Shown: positions 9,892 through 19,039 of the stretch, in pieces
Numbering within the stretch: position 1 is the first letter of the stretch
How the letters are laid out: the number at the start of each line of letters is the position of its first letter
Assembly (NCBI GenBank): GCA_023142595.1
Contig: JAGLJF010000003.1
Span: 3,873-67,872, forward strand
Direction: 5' to 3'
DNA from: Minisyncoccota bacterium
GTDB lineage: Bacteria; Patescibacteriota; Minisyncoccia; JAHIHE01; JAGLIN01
DNA: 64,000 nt
Translations under genes and position numbers: made by a program
Notes under the pieces: model-generated
Told to the model about the DNA's origin: nothing
The model's database searches: none
The model's input: the letters and a program-made list of their open reading frames with translations, nothing else

Positions 9892-11163
9892 ATGAATAAT
9901 AACAAAAAAACAACCTTCCTTTCTCTTGGCGCTGAATCTATAGGAAGATTTGCTGTTTATTCTGACGACAGTGTTTTTGTTTCCGAAAATTTTGGCGATT
10001 TACTGAATGAAAATAATTTCAAAAATTATGAGAAAGCCGTTCTAAAACAAATTAAAATAAAGAAGCCTAATGTGATTTTGACAGATTTGCATCCGCTTTA
10101 TGTTTCAACGGTTTTAGGAGAAGAATTATCAAAAAAACTTCAAATTCCACACATCAAAATTCAACATCATCTTGCCCATGTTTTCTCTGCAGTTGGGGAT
10201 AAATTTTGCCATTCTAACCCTAACAATTGTAATTCTGAGATTAATATTTGTCATCCTGAGCTTGTCGAAGGATTTCAGTCCGTTGAGACTACAAGAGATT
10301 CTTCGACTCCGCTCCGCTCCGCTCAGAATGACAGTAATAATTTTAGACTTGATATAAAATACTCTTTACCAAATACTTTCTACGGCATTGCTTCTGATGG
10401 CACGGGTTTAGGTTTTGATGGGAACATCTGTGGTGGAGAGGTTTTTGAATTTAAAAATACAAAATCTATAAAACAGCCTCTGCACCAAGTTCAAAATAGC
10501 AGTATAAAAAGAATTGGCTCGCTTGAAGAACAAACTATGCTTGGCGGAGATTTAGCAGTCAAAGAACCGGCTCGTATGCTCATTAGCATTCTTTCAAAAT
10601 TTCTGCCGAAAGAAAAAACATATGAAAATGTGGAAAAACATTATTCTAAAAACGAATTTGAACTTCTTTATAATCAACTTCAACAAGATTTCAATTGCCA
10701 AACAACAACAAGCACGGGAAGAATTTTAGATGCTGTTTCAGTTTTGCTTGACTTTGCAAAAAACGAACGAAAATCAAAACATGAAGCGACAAAACTTCTT
10801 GAAGAAAAATCTGCTATTCCGTATAAACTTAATCCAAAAATTACATTCGATAAAGATTATAACAGATATATTTTACAAACAACACCTCTTTTTGAATATT
10901 TATTAAAAAACATCAATAAAGATAAAAAAAGGCTTGCCACAACTGCACAATTATATCTTGCTCAAGGGTTTTTGGAAATTATCAATAAAAATTCAAATAA
11001 TCAAAACAGTAAAATCTTTTTCGCTGGCGGAATAGCGAATAATCAAATTATGTCCTCATATCTGGAAAATAATAATGTTTATACATCAAAAAAAATCCCT
11101 CGTGGAGACGAAGGACTTGCATTCGGTCAAATTATATATTATTTGTCTAACTATATAAATTAA
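9892..11163 (+). CDS. hypF: HypF-like carbamoyltransferase, Kae1-like C-terminal portion only
   Basis: DLHPLY, QHHLAH, DGTGLGFDG..GGE, TSTGRILDAVS, PRGDEGLAFGQ; no acylphosphatase, Zn-finger or YrdC domain. Confidence 0.85.
   Translation: MNNNKKTTFLSLGAESIGRFAVYSDDSVFVSENFGDLLNENNFKNYEKAVLKQIKIKKPNVILTDLHPLYVSTVLGEELSKKLQIPHIKIQHHLAHVFSAVGDKFCHSNPNNCNSEINICHPELVEGFQSVETTRDSSTPLRSAQNDSNNFRLDIKYSLPNTFYGIASDGTGLGFDGNICGGEVFEFKNTKSIKQPLHQVQNSSIKRIGSLEEQTMLGGDLAVKEPARMLISILSKFLPKEKTYENVEKHYSKNEFELLYNQLQQDFNCQTTTSTGRILDAVSVLLDFAKNERKSKHEATKLLEEKSAIPYKLNPKITFDKDYNRYILQTTPLFEYLLKNINKDKKRLATTAQLYLAQGFLEIINKNSNNQNSKIFFAGGIANNQIMSSYLENNNVYTSKKIPRGDEGLAFGQIIYYLSNYIN
10207..10333. repeat. TGTC-family element (type B) with two degenerate 21-bp left-end stutters, in frame in hypF
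   Basis: TGTCATCCTGAGCTTGTCGAAGGAT...GAGATTCTTCGACTCCGCTCCGCTCCGCTCAGAATGACA at 10249-10333. Confidence 0.85.
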
Positions 11164-11170
11164 TAAATCC

Positions 11171-12172
11171 CTAACAAATCCTCGGGATCAATTTTCCTTG
11201 TGGCATCTCAATCAGGCGTAAACCACCGATTGAAGTTTTCAAAAATACTCCTTTTCCTTTTTCTACTTCCCCAATAATTTTTGCTTCAGAATTAAACTTC
11301 TGAAGTTTTTTGACAACTTTGTCCGCATCTCTGGAGCTCACGCTCGCAATAAATCTTCCCTCAGACGGAAAGGCAAAAAGATTAATTCCTAAAAGCTCGC
11401 TAATTGCCACTACATCTTTTTTAAACGGTAGATTTTTTTCATCAAGAACAATTTTCACTTTTGATTTTTCAGCAATTTCATTCAAATTTTCTCCCAAACC
11501 TCCTCTCGTTGGATCTTTACAAACATGCAAAAATTTAGCCACACTTTGTACTTCCTTAACAAGTGGCTGACAATCGCTTTTTAATTTTGTTTTATAATTA
11601 AACCTCTCGCTCAAAATCACAGCACCGTGCTCTCCTAAATTTCCTGAAGCAATAATTTTGTCTCCTGGCTTTGCCTCACTATTTGAAATTATTTTTTTTG
11701 CCAGACCGACTCCGGAAGTTGTAATTTCAATTTTATCAATTTTTCCTTTTTCAGTTACTTTTGTATCCCCTGTCACAACTGGAACTTTTGCTTCACGCGA
11801 AACCTTATCAATTGATTTGATGATTTTTTCCAAATCTTTTGCTGGAAATCCTTCTTCGATCACAAAAGAAAGTGAAATTCCAATCGGCACTGCGCCCATT
11901 ACAGAAACATCATTAATCGTCCCACACATCGCAATTTTTCCAATATCACCACCTTTAAAAAATAAAGGGTCAATTATAAAAGCATCGGTCGTGAAAGCTA
12001 ATCTTTGATTTCCCAAATCATAAATCGCCGCATCATCTCCTGTATTTTTCCACTTCCCTGTATATTTCATAATTTTCCGCAAATCCTTGAAAAATTCCCA
12101 AGAAGCTTTTCCACCCGAACCAAGCTCAAGAGAAATTGATGAATTTTTATTGAATGATTTTGATGTTGACAT
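11171..12172 (-). CDS. hypE: Hydrogenase maturation protein HypE
   Basis: GSGG, GGDIGKIAMCGTIND, VVTGDTKV, DPTRGG and C-terminal PRIC. Confidence 0.95.
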   Translation of the reverse strand: MSTSKSFNKNSSISLELGSGGKASWEFFKDLRKIMKYTGKWKNTGDDAAIYDLGNQRLAFTTDAFIIDPLFFKGGDIGKIAMCGTINDVSVMGAVPIGISLSFVIEEGFPAKDLEKIIKSIDKVSREAKVPVVTGDTKVTEKGKIDKIEITTSGVGLAKKIISNSEAKPGDKIIASGNLGEHGAVILSERFNYKTKLKSDCQPLVKEVQSVAKFLHVCKDPTRGGLGENLNEIAEKSKVKIVLDEKNLPFKKDVVAISELLGINLFAFPSEGRFIASVSSRDADKVVKKLQKFNSEAKIIGEVEKGKGVFLKTSIGGLRLIEMPQGKLIPRIC

Positions 12173-12238
12173 ATTTTTGGTTTTATGATAAATTAATTAG
12201 TCATATTTATGATTTGACACAAAATATGGAGGCTTAAT

Positions 12239-12550
12239 ATGGGAAATACAGAAATAATTGCTAATTTGGGAATTGATCAATATAAGAAACGGCTTGAAGA
12301 CTGCTTCAGAGGCATTACAAAAAAAATTGAAGATAAAATAGCAGATGCCCTCGCCGTCACAGAAGATATAAATAACTTAGTTGATTTGCCAGAACAAACG
12401 AGAAATCAACTCAAGTCAATATTATTTATTGAACTGGTTGCTCTGTATGAAAAAGAAAAATCATATGACAGCACTTATGAAATAATGGGCATCACCAAAG
12501 AACAGGGTTCTGACGCTCTAATGGATGTTCTATCGGGAAATTATGATTAA
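12239..12550 (+). CDS. Hypothetical protein
   Basis: 103-aa ORF with GGAGG RBS and upstream TTGACA-17-TAAATT. Confidence 0.6.
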   Translation: MGNTEIIANLGIDQYKKRLEDCFRGITKKIEDKIADALAVTEDINNLVDLPEQTRNQLKSILFIELVALYEKEKSYDSTYEIMGITKEQGSDALMDVLSGNYD

Positions 12551-12689
12551 ATTTTGACAGATAAATCTGTCTCTGAAGATATCAACTTATCAACATAGGT
12601 TGCTCTGTCTTCTTTTTTTATCCCAAATATTTTAAGGAATCTTGATTATCTAAAAACCTATAACGATAAAGAACAGAATTCCTATTTCC

Positions 12690-12788
12690 TGTCATTTTGT
12701 GGGAGTAATAACGACGAGAAATCTGTGAATAGTATTAGTCTAAAATTAATTAGTTTTCAAACCCCCTAGCCCCCTTATCAGGGGGAAC
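12690..12788. repeat. TGTC-family half element (type D) followed by a poly-C/G hairpin repeat
   Basis: TGTCATTTTGTGGGAGTAATAACGACGAGAAATCT (inverse of 52761-52795); TTTTCAAACCCCCTAGCCCCCTTATCAGGGGGAAC (inverse of 49916-49950). Confidence 0.75.
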
Positions 12789-12868
12789 GAGACTTAATTG
12801 GTTTATAGATCTCTAAATTACTTCGCGCATTTCAATAATTCACAGCAATCAACTTCAAAGCGTCGCTC

Positions 12869-12897
12869 TTGACAAGAATCTCAATTCGTGTTAGGAT
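12869..12897 (+). promoter_or_regulatory. Sigma70-like promoter
   Basis: TTGACA-17 bp-TAGGAT with TG extension. Confidence 0.6.
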
Positions 12898-12945
12898 TAG
12901 GTGTAAAAGTCTTTTGTAAGGCTTTTTTAATTATTAATTTAATAT

Positions 12946-13524
12946 ATGTGTAAACGCTTTTTAAGCAGCGTAAAGTCAAAGAAACATTCATTGATTATAA
13001 CAGTTATTGCTGTAGCAATCATAATCACCGGACTATTGTCCTCTCAACGTCTTACGGGAGCAGTGGTAGAACAAAAAACAAATAAAAATCAAAATAATTC
13101 TTGTAATATTAAAGAAGTAAAAGGTTTTTCTATGCCAGAACTATCTTTTCAAAAAGAAGATTTATCAAATAATGTTCCTGATTCAGAAGAAAAGGTTTTG
13201 GCCGTAATGACAGGGGCTAAAGAATCAATCGAAAGCTCAACAAAACAAAGAAAGCTTGTTCTTGTGACAGCATATTCTTCAACAATTGACCAAACTGACT
13301 CTACTCCATTTATCACAGCAAACGGAACTCATGTTTATGATGGAACAATCGCAGCCAACTTTCTCAAGTTTGGGACAAAAGTTAAATTCCCATCATTATA
13401 TGGAGATAAAATTTTCACAGTAGAAGACAGGATGAAGAGCGATTATAAAGTTGATATCTGGTTTCCTACTAGGCAAGAAGCTCTCAATTTTGGAGCGAAA
13501 AGAGTTGAAATCGAAATTCAGTAA
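12946..13524 (+). CDS. 3D-domain cell-wall (lytic transglycosylase-like) protein
   Basis: N-terminal TM; VTAYSS..QTDSTPFITANG, VEDRM and VDIWF motifs. Confidence 0.88.
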   Translation: MCKRFLSSVKSKKHSLIITVIAVAIIITGLLSSQRLTGAVVEQKTNKNQNNSCNIKEVKGFSMPELSFQKEDLSNNVPDSEEKVLAVMTGAKESIESSTKQRKLVLVTAYSSTIDQTDSTPFITANGTHVYDGTIAANFLKFGTKVKFPSLYGDKIFTVEDRMKSDYKVDIWFPTRQEALNFGAKRVEIEIQ

Positions 13525-13651
13525 AATTATATAAATTTACAAAAAACTTTAAGAAGCTAATAAATTTTTCTCTTATAATTTATTTTTTGCTTTAATTCCT
13601 GGATTCCCTTCTTCAAGGGAATGACAAAAATAAACAGCCTTAACGGGTTGT

Positions 13652-14722
13652 TTATTTTTTATTAAAAACTTTTAACAAAAATTTGTGAATTTTGAGAAGT
13701 TGTTTTGGAGTCTCAATGCTAAAATCCCTAGAGAGTGTTTTAACACTAAAATAAATCAAAGATAAAAATCCGCATAAAACAAGGACAATATTAATAAGCC
13801 TAAAAATCAAACTAAAAGCAAACCCATCACTTTTGCCAAGATTCAAAAGATTAAATATAAATGTCAAAGATGCCTCGAAGCTTCCTAATGATCCAGGAAT
13901 TGGAATAAAATTAGCTAGGGTAGAAATAAAAAATATGGCCGCTGAATGTGTTAAATCAATTGTTTTTCCCAAAGACAGAACAATTACCCAAATCGTTATT
14001 AAATATAATAATATTTCAGCAAAGGCGAGAATGAAGGCTTTAGCAAATGTTGCAGTTTTGTTATTAAAAAATTGAGCAATAATTTTTTCCATTTTTTCGA
14101 AATTTTCTTCTTTTCTCTTGATAAATTTAATTTTGTCTAATCTAGTTGTTTTGAGAATAAATATAAAAAATCCATGACCATCAGAATTATCTCTAATAAG
14201 ACGAGAATAAAAAAGATGCAAAATAAATAATGCTGAAACTATTATAAATCCAAATCCATAAAAAACGCTAACCGGAAGAGAAAAATAATGAACCAAAAAA
14301 AGAAATCCAAAAATCATAAACAAGAAAAGTGAGAAAAAATAAATCACTTGATCAATAATCACTGAGGCAAATGATTTTTCCCAGCTATATCCAGACTCTT
14401 CCTTGATCATGTAAGCTCTCACTGGTTCTCCTCCAACCAAAACAGAAGGAGTGACGTAGCTTACAGCAAATCCAGCCAATTTTGCTCGCAGTAATTTTCC
14501 AAAACTTATTTTGTGACTATTTTGAGCCTCAATTATTATTTTCCAACGAAGAGTTCCAAAAATAAAAATTGCCACAAAATTTATCAAAAAAACAGCCACA
14601 ATAGCTGGTAGTGGGAAGATTTTGATAGTTTGAATTACGCTCTCAATTCCAGCTTGTTGTATCGCTCCTATAAAAAGAAACAAACCTAGAATCAAAGATA
14701 ATAAAAAAATAATTCTTTTCAT
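13652..14722 (-). CDS. Lysylphosphatidylglycerol synthase TM / flippase-like membrane protein
   Basis: RWKII, VTPSVLVGGEPVRAY and IPGSLGSFE motifs. Confidence 0.88.
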   Translation of the reverse strand: MKRIIFLLSLILGLFLFIGAIQQAGIESVIQTIKIFPLPAIVAVFLINFVAIFIFGTLRWKIIIEAQNSHKISFGKLLRAKLAGFAVSYVTPSVLVGGEPVRAYMIKEESGYSWEKSFASVIIDQVIYFFSLFLFMIFGFLFLVHYFSLPVSVFYGFGFIIVSALFILHLFYSRLIRDNSDGHGFFIFILKTTRLDKIKFIKRKEENFEKMEKIIAQFFNNKTATFAKAFILAFAEILLYLITIWVIVLSLGKTIDLTHSAAIFFISTLANFIPIPGSLGSFEASLTFIFNLLNLGKSDGFAFSLIFRLINIVLVLCGFLSLIYFSVKTLSRDFSIETPKQLLKIHKFLLKVFNKK

Positions 14723-14748
14723 TTTTTAATCAAATGGTTTATGTATTG

Positions 14749-14833
14749 TGCCGAGGGAGGGACTCGAACCCTCACGAAGTATAAGTTCAACGGATTTTAA
14801 GTCCGTCGCGTCTACCAATTCCGCCACCCCGGC
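14749..14833 (-). tRNA. tRNA-Leu(TAA)
   Basis: GCCGGGGTGGCGGAATTGGTAGACGCGACGGACTTAAAATCCGT...GGTTCGAGTCCCTCCCTCGGCA with long variable arm. Confidence 0.95.
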
Positions 14834-14857
14834 AAGTTTTATATTGTGTTGTCAATT

Positions 14858-14931
14858 TGGAGGCCTGGGTCGGATTTGAACCGGCGTACACGGTTTTGCA
14901 GACCGCTACCTAACCACTCGGTCACCAGGCC
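14858..14931 (-). tRNA. tRNA-Cys(GCA)
   Basis: GGCCTGGTGACCGAGTGG...GCGGTCTGCAAAACCGT...GGTTCAAATCCGACCCAGGCCTCCA. Confidence 0.95.
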
Positions 14932-14998
14932 ATATATTCAGATGTTTTGCATCCTTTAAACATAGTTAAAGTTAGCATAAAATCAAGCAGTGGTCAAA

Positions 14999-15577
14999 TC
15001 AAACCTCTGTAATTTCATCTTTATTATCTTTTTCAATTTCCTTGATAATTTTTGGAATTTTCTGAAAATCTTTTTGCAACTCTTCAAGCAATGATCTTTT
15101 ATATAAAGTCGCTGCTGGATGATAAACAGGATAATATATCCTGCCATTATATCTTTTCGGCTTTCCGTGATCGACTGAAATCTTTTGCCCAGGAAGAAAT
15201 CTATCCATTGAATGCCTGCCCAAAAGTACAATTAGTTTCGGTTTGATGATTTCAATTTGTTGATTAAGCCAATCTTTACACATCACAACTTCCTCTGGTT
15301 TCGGATCTCGATTTTCAGGAGGTCGACATTTGACAACATTCGCGATATAAACATCGTCTCTTTTTAATTTTATTGACTCAATCATTTCATCAAGAATTTT
15401 CCCTGCGCTACCAATAAAAGGAAGCCCCGCTTCATCTTCCTTTCTGCCTGGTGCTTCACCGACAAACATAATCTCCGCCTGATCACTACCCGAACCACAA
15501 ACAACATTGATGCGAGTCTTACAAAGCTCACACTTTTTACATTGAGATATTTTTTCGTTAAGTTTTTTGAGAGACAT
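14999..15577 (-). CDS. udg: Uracil-DNA glycosylase family 4
   Basis: CxxC, GEAPG, KCRPPENRDP and YHPAA motifs. Confidence 0.95.
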   Translation of the reverse strand: MSLKKLNEKISQCKKCELCKTRINVVCGSGSDQAEIMFVGEAPGRKEDEAGLPFIGSAGKILDEMIESIKLKRDDVYIANVVKCRPPENRDPKPEEVVMCKDWLNQQIEIIKPKLIVLLGRHSMDRFLPGQKISVDHGKPKRYNGRIYYPVYHPAATLYKRSLLEELQKDFQKIPKIIKEIEKDNKDEITEV

Positions 15578-15609
15578 TTTTAAGTGTTGTTAAAATATTA
15601 AAATAATTT

Positions 15610-17052
15610 TTACCACCTCACTCCAATATCCAATTCATCTTCTGATTTTCCAATCAAACCAGAATCACTTTGCAGAAAATAATTTCCTTCAATTGAATTG
15701 GAAAATTGAGGATCTTCGGAAAAATTGTTGTCTTGCATTTCACACTCTCCGTAACAAACAAAATTATTTTTATTATTCCAAATATTATTATGACTGATTG
15801 AAATGCCTTTACTTTTGACATCAACATTAATTCCTGCACAAAGTTCACAAATTCCATTGTCTGAAATAATATTGTTTGTAATATCTGCGGAAGAATTGAT
15901 TGCATAAATTCCATAAGTCGCCCCAAGATAGGTTTTGTAGTGATTATTATAACTTATAGTATTATGATTTATCAATGCAGAGGAATTATATAAATCAATG
16001 CCGATTTTATTGTCCGTAATGAGATTATCTAATATAATTACTCGGTCAACTTTTAAAACACTGTTGGCTCCATACTCCTGTGTGGAGCCAATTTGTTTAT
16101 TATCCTCATCGTACAGTTTTTCTTCTTTTTGAAAATTATAAACCTGAATTCCTTTGCTTGCAAATTGTAAAGCATTTTTTTGAATAACAGGAGCTGAGCT
16201 TCCTTTAATATAAATATTAAACTTATTATCAGTCAAAATGTTATCGTGTATCCACGGAGAAGAATCTTCAATCAAAATTCCGCTCAAGTTTTTTCCAGAA
16301 TTTTTAATAATAAATCCAGATAATGAAGTCTTGCTGGAAATGCCATTTTTAAATGTCACAACATTACCACTGCCATTTCCATTAATTATAACATTAAGAT
16401 TTTCTTTTTGGGATGAAAGTTCGTCAATTGAATTTTCTTGTTCATCACAATCAGCTAGTTCTAAATTTTCATCAACTTCATCTGCAAAGCATTCAAAAGT
16501 CAAAGACGCCTCAGGAATTAGATTTACTTTGCCAGTTCCAACTAAGCTAACTCCTTCTTTCATTGCTATATTCTCTTGATATTCTCCTGGAGAAACTTCG
16601 ATCACATCTCCCTCTTTGGCATTTTCAATTGCTATTTGAATTGATTTATAATCTTCAGGAACTTTAATTATCGCTGGTTGATTTTGTCCCTCTATTGCAA
16701 CTTTGAGAAAAAACAAAGTTTCACTTTTTTTGAGTCCAAAAAAAATATTACCAGCTCTGACTAATTTATCGACATATTTTTCAATCAACAATTTTCTTTC
16801 CGCCTCCCTTTTTTCTTTTCTGCTTTTGATCAAGCTTATTTCACCTTCTTCGTAGTTATCGTTTAAATTTTTTATATCGACAATTTCCAGTTCCATTATT
16901 TTAATAATATTTTCTGATTCGAATTCATCAATTTTTGCAAATTGACTCTCGTTTCTATTATTTTCAAAATTATAACTTGCGTTTTGCCATGCAAAAACAA
17001 TACCAACCAAGGATATGAAAAAAATTAATATAAAAATTATTTTTTGTTTCAT
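15610..17052 (-). CDS. Secreted or anchored right-handed beta-helix (pectin-lyase-like/DUF1565) protein
   Basis: VPEDYKSIQIAI..GD.I.VSPGEY.E, Asn-rich parallel beta-helix repeats, C-terminal DPQF...DIG. Confidence 0.8.
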   Translation of the reverse strand: MKQKIIFILIFFISLVGIVFAWQNASYNFENNRNESQFAKIDEFESENIIKIMELEIVDIKNLNDNYEEGEISLIKSRKEKREAERKLLIEKYVDKLVRAGNIFFGLKKSETLFFLKVAIEGQNQPAIIKVPEDYKSIQIAIENAKEGDVIEVSPGEYQENIAMKEGVSLVGTGKVNLIPEASLTFECFADEVDENLELADCDEQENSIDELSSQKENLNVIINGNGSGNVVTFKNGISSKTSLSGFIIKNSGKNLSGILIEDSSPWIHDNILTDNKFNIYIKGSSAPVIQKNALQFASKGIQVYNFQKEEKLYDEDNKQIGSTQEYGANSVLKVDRVIILDNLITDNKIGIDLYNSSALINHNTISYNNHYKTYLGATYGIYAINSSADITNNIISDNGICELCAGINVDVKSKGISISHNNIWNNKNNFVCYGECEMQDNNFSEDPQFSNSIEGNYFLQSDSGLIGKSEDELDIGVRW

Positions 17053-17088
17053 TTTTCAATTGCCTAATATAAAAATACTTACTTGTAT

Positions 17089-17946
17089 TTATATCTTTCC
17101 TTTCAACTCCTTCAAAATCTCCAGCTCTTCTCCCGCTTTATTATTCGGAGTTTCAAGAATAAAGTCCATACTCTTTAATCTTTCATCTTGCAAAATTGCT
17201 TCAAACCCTTCTATCCCTATTTTACCATTTCCGATATTATCATGTCGATCTTTGTGCGAATCAAATTTTGCCATAGAATCATTGAGATGAACTAGCCCCA
17301 GTCTTTCAATCCCAATAATTTTATCAAATTTATCAAAAGTATTTTTTACCGCTTTCTCATTCCGCAAATCGTAGCCAGATGCAAAAGCATGAGCAGTATC
17401 AAAACACACTCCTAGTTTATTTTTCTTGATTTCTTTTTCAACTTCTTTGATAAAATATGCAATTTCTTCAAAATTATCTCCCATAATTTCTCCAGCACCT
17501 GCCGTGATTTCCAGAAGAAGCTTAGCGTTAAAATTTTTTTCAATATCGTTTTGCAAAAATATTTTTTTCAAACCAGCAACTAACTTTTCTTTGGCTTCTT
17601 TTTCTCCCAAGTCTTTAGCACTACCGAGATGCGTCACAACCGCTTTGGCTCCCAACAAATCTGCTTTTTGAAGCTCTTCTTTAATGGAAGAAATCGAACC
17701 ATAATAAATCCTACTGTTCGCGGAGGCAAGATTTATATAATATGGCGTATGGATATAATAATTTTGAAGATCATATTTTTTTGCTTCTGCTTGAAAATCA
17801 CTAGCAACTTTTTCGGTAATTTCCACAGACTTTCCTCCATGTGGTGATTTTGAGAAAATTTGAAAACACTCACAACCAATCTCGTGAGCTCTTTGAGGGG
17901 CTTTTTCGATACCTCCTGCAATTGAAATATGAGCGCCAAATTTCAT
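17089..17946 (-). CDS. nfo: Endonuclease IV
   Basis: GAHISIAGG, HTPYYINL, CFDTAH, HLNDS, DRH and ILETP motifs. Confidence 0.96.
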   Translation of the reverse strand: MKFGAHISIAGGIEKAPQRAHEIGCECFQIFSKSPHGGKSVEITEKVASDFQAEAKKYDLQNYYIHTPYYINLASANSRIYYGSISSIKEELQKADLLGAKAVVTHLGSAKDLGEKEAKEKLVAGLKKIFLQNDIEKNFNAKLLLEITAGAGEIMGDNFEEIAYFIKEVEKEIKKNKLGVCFDTAHAFASGYDLRNEKAVKNTFDKFDKIIGIERLGLVHLNDSMAKFDSHKDRHDNIGNGKIGIEGFEAILQDERLKSMDFILETPNNKAGEELEILKELKGKI

Positions 17947-18483
17947 TTATTGTTTTAGTTTTTTATATTTTTTAATAAGCTTATGAACAAGATCTCTTAT
18001 TTTTTCTGGATCTTTTTCGTCATCTGAAATTTGGATAAGTTCTTTAAAAAAAGAGTCTGCCTTAGGATAATTTCCATTACCGCTTTCTATATATTTCAAA
18101 TGACTTGTTTTATAATTGTTTATTCTTTTCATTGGAATTTCAGAAGGTTTTTCGTTATAGTACAAACACATTTTGAACATCCAAAATTCAAAAATATGAG
18201 ATTCCAATAATCCTTCCTTGAAAAATAAAAACTCATTCGTAAACAAATTCCAATATCGAAAATACCAAGTTTTAACTTTTTTCTGATTAACACATTCCAC
18301 GGCCTCAATTATTATAAAGTCATATTCTTTTGTAAAAGAATTCAAAACATTAATTTTATTTGCCTTTTGTCCAATATTAATTGATTTTGATATTTTTCTT
18401 ATTTGCAAATAGGAAAAAATAACTCCAACGGTAATCGCAACACTAGACATTATTTCCGCATAATATTTCAGAATTTCATTCAT
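17947..18483 (-). CDS. Hypothetical single-TM protein, tandem paralog of 18497-19030
   Basis: Start at MNEILK (18483) by alignment with its neighbour. Confidence 0.75.
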   Translation of the reverse strand: MNEILKYYAEIMSSVAITVGVIFSYLQIRKISKSINIGQKANKINVLNSFTKEYDFIIIEAVECVNQKKVKTWYFRYWNLFTNEFLFFKEGLLESHIFEFWMFKMCLYYNEKPSEIPMKRINNYKTSHLKYIESGNGNYPKADSFFKELIQISDDEKDPEKIRDLVHKLIKKYKKLKQ

Positions 18484-18496
18484 AAAATTTGTTAAT

Positions 18497-19030
18497 TTAT
18501 TTAGACTTTCTATATTTTTGAACAAGCTTATGAACACGATTTTCTATGTTTTCTTCATTTTTTTCTTCATCTGCAATTTTTATCAACTCATGATAGAAGG
18601 CATCCGTTCTAGGATAACTTTTTTCTCTGTTCTTCATATATTTTAAATGACTTTTTTTGTAACAAGGCGTTCTTTTCAAGCAAGCGTCAGATGGTTTTTC
18701 GTTATAGAATAAACATAATCTGAAAGCCCAAAATTCAAAAATTAACGGGTCAAGAATTCCTTGATAAAAAAATACAAATTCGTTTGTATATAAATTCCAA
18801 AGTCGAAAATACCAAACGTCAACTTTTTTTTGCGAATTACAATCTCCTATCTCAATCATCAAAGAATCATATTCTTTTGTAAAACGACCGAGAACTTTTA
18901 TAAAATTTGATTTTTTATTTATATCAATTGTTTTTGATATTTTTTTAATTTGCAAATAGGAAAATAATACTCCAAATATAATCGCTAAACTTGTCATAGC
19001 ATCTAGCACATCTTTCAAAATTTCATTCAT
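18497..19030 (-). CDS. Hypothetical single-TM protein, tandem paralog of 17947-18483
   Basis: Shared FSYLQI, FTKEYD, WYFR.WNL.TNEF, IFEFW and YNEKPS. Confidence 0.75.
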   Translation of the reverse strand: MNEILKDVLDAMTSLAIIFGVLFSYLQIKKISKTIDINKKSNFIKVLGRFTKEYDSLMIEIGDCNSQKKVDVWYFRLWNLYTNEFVFFYQGILDPLIFEFWAFRLCLFYNEKPSDACLKRTPCYKKSHLKYMKNREKSYPRTDAFYHELIKIADEEKNEENIENRVHKLVQKYRKSK

Positions 19031-19039
19031 TTTTTTATT

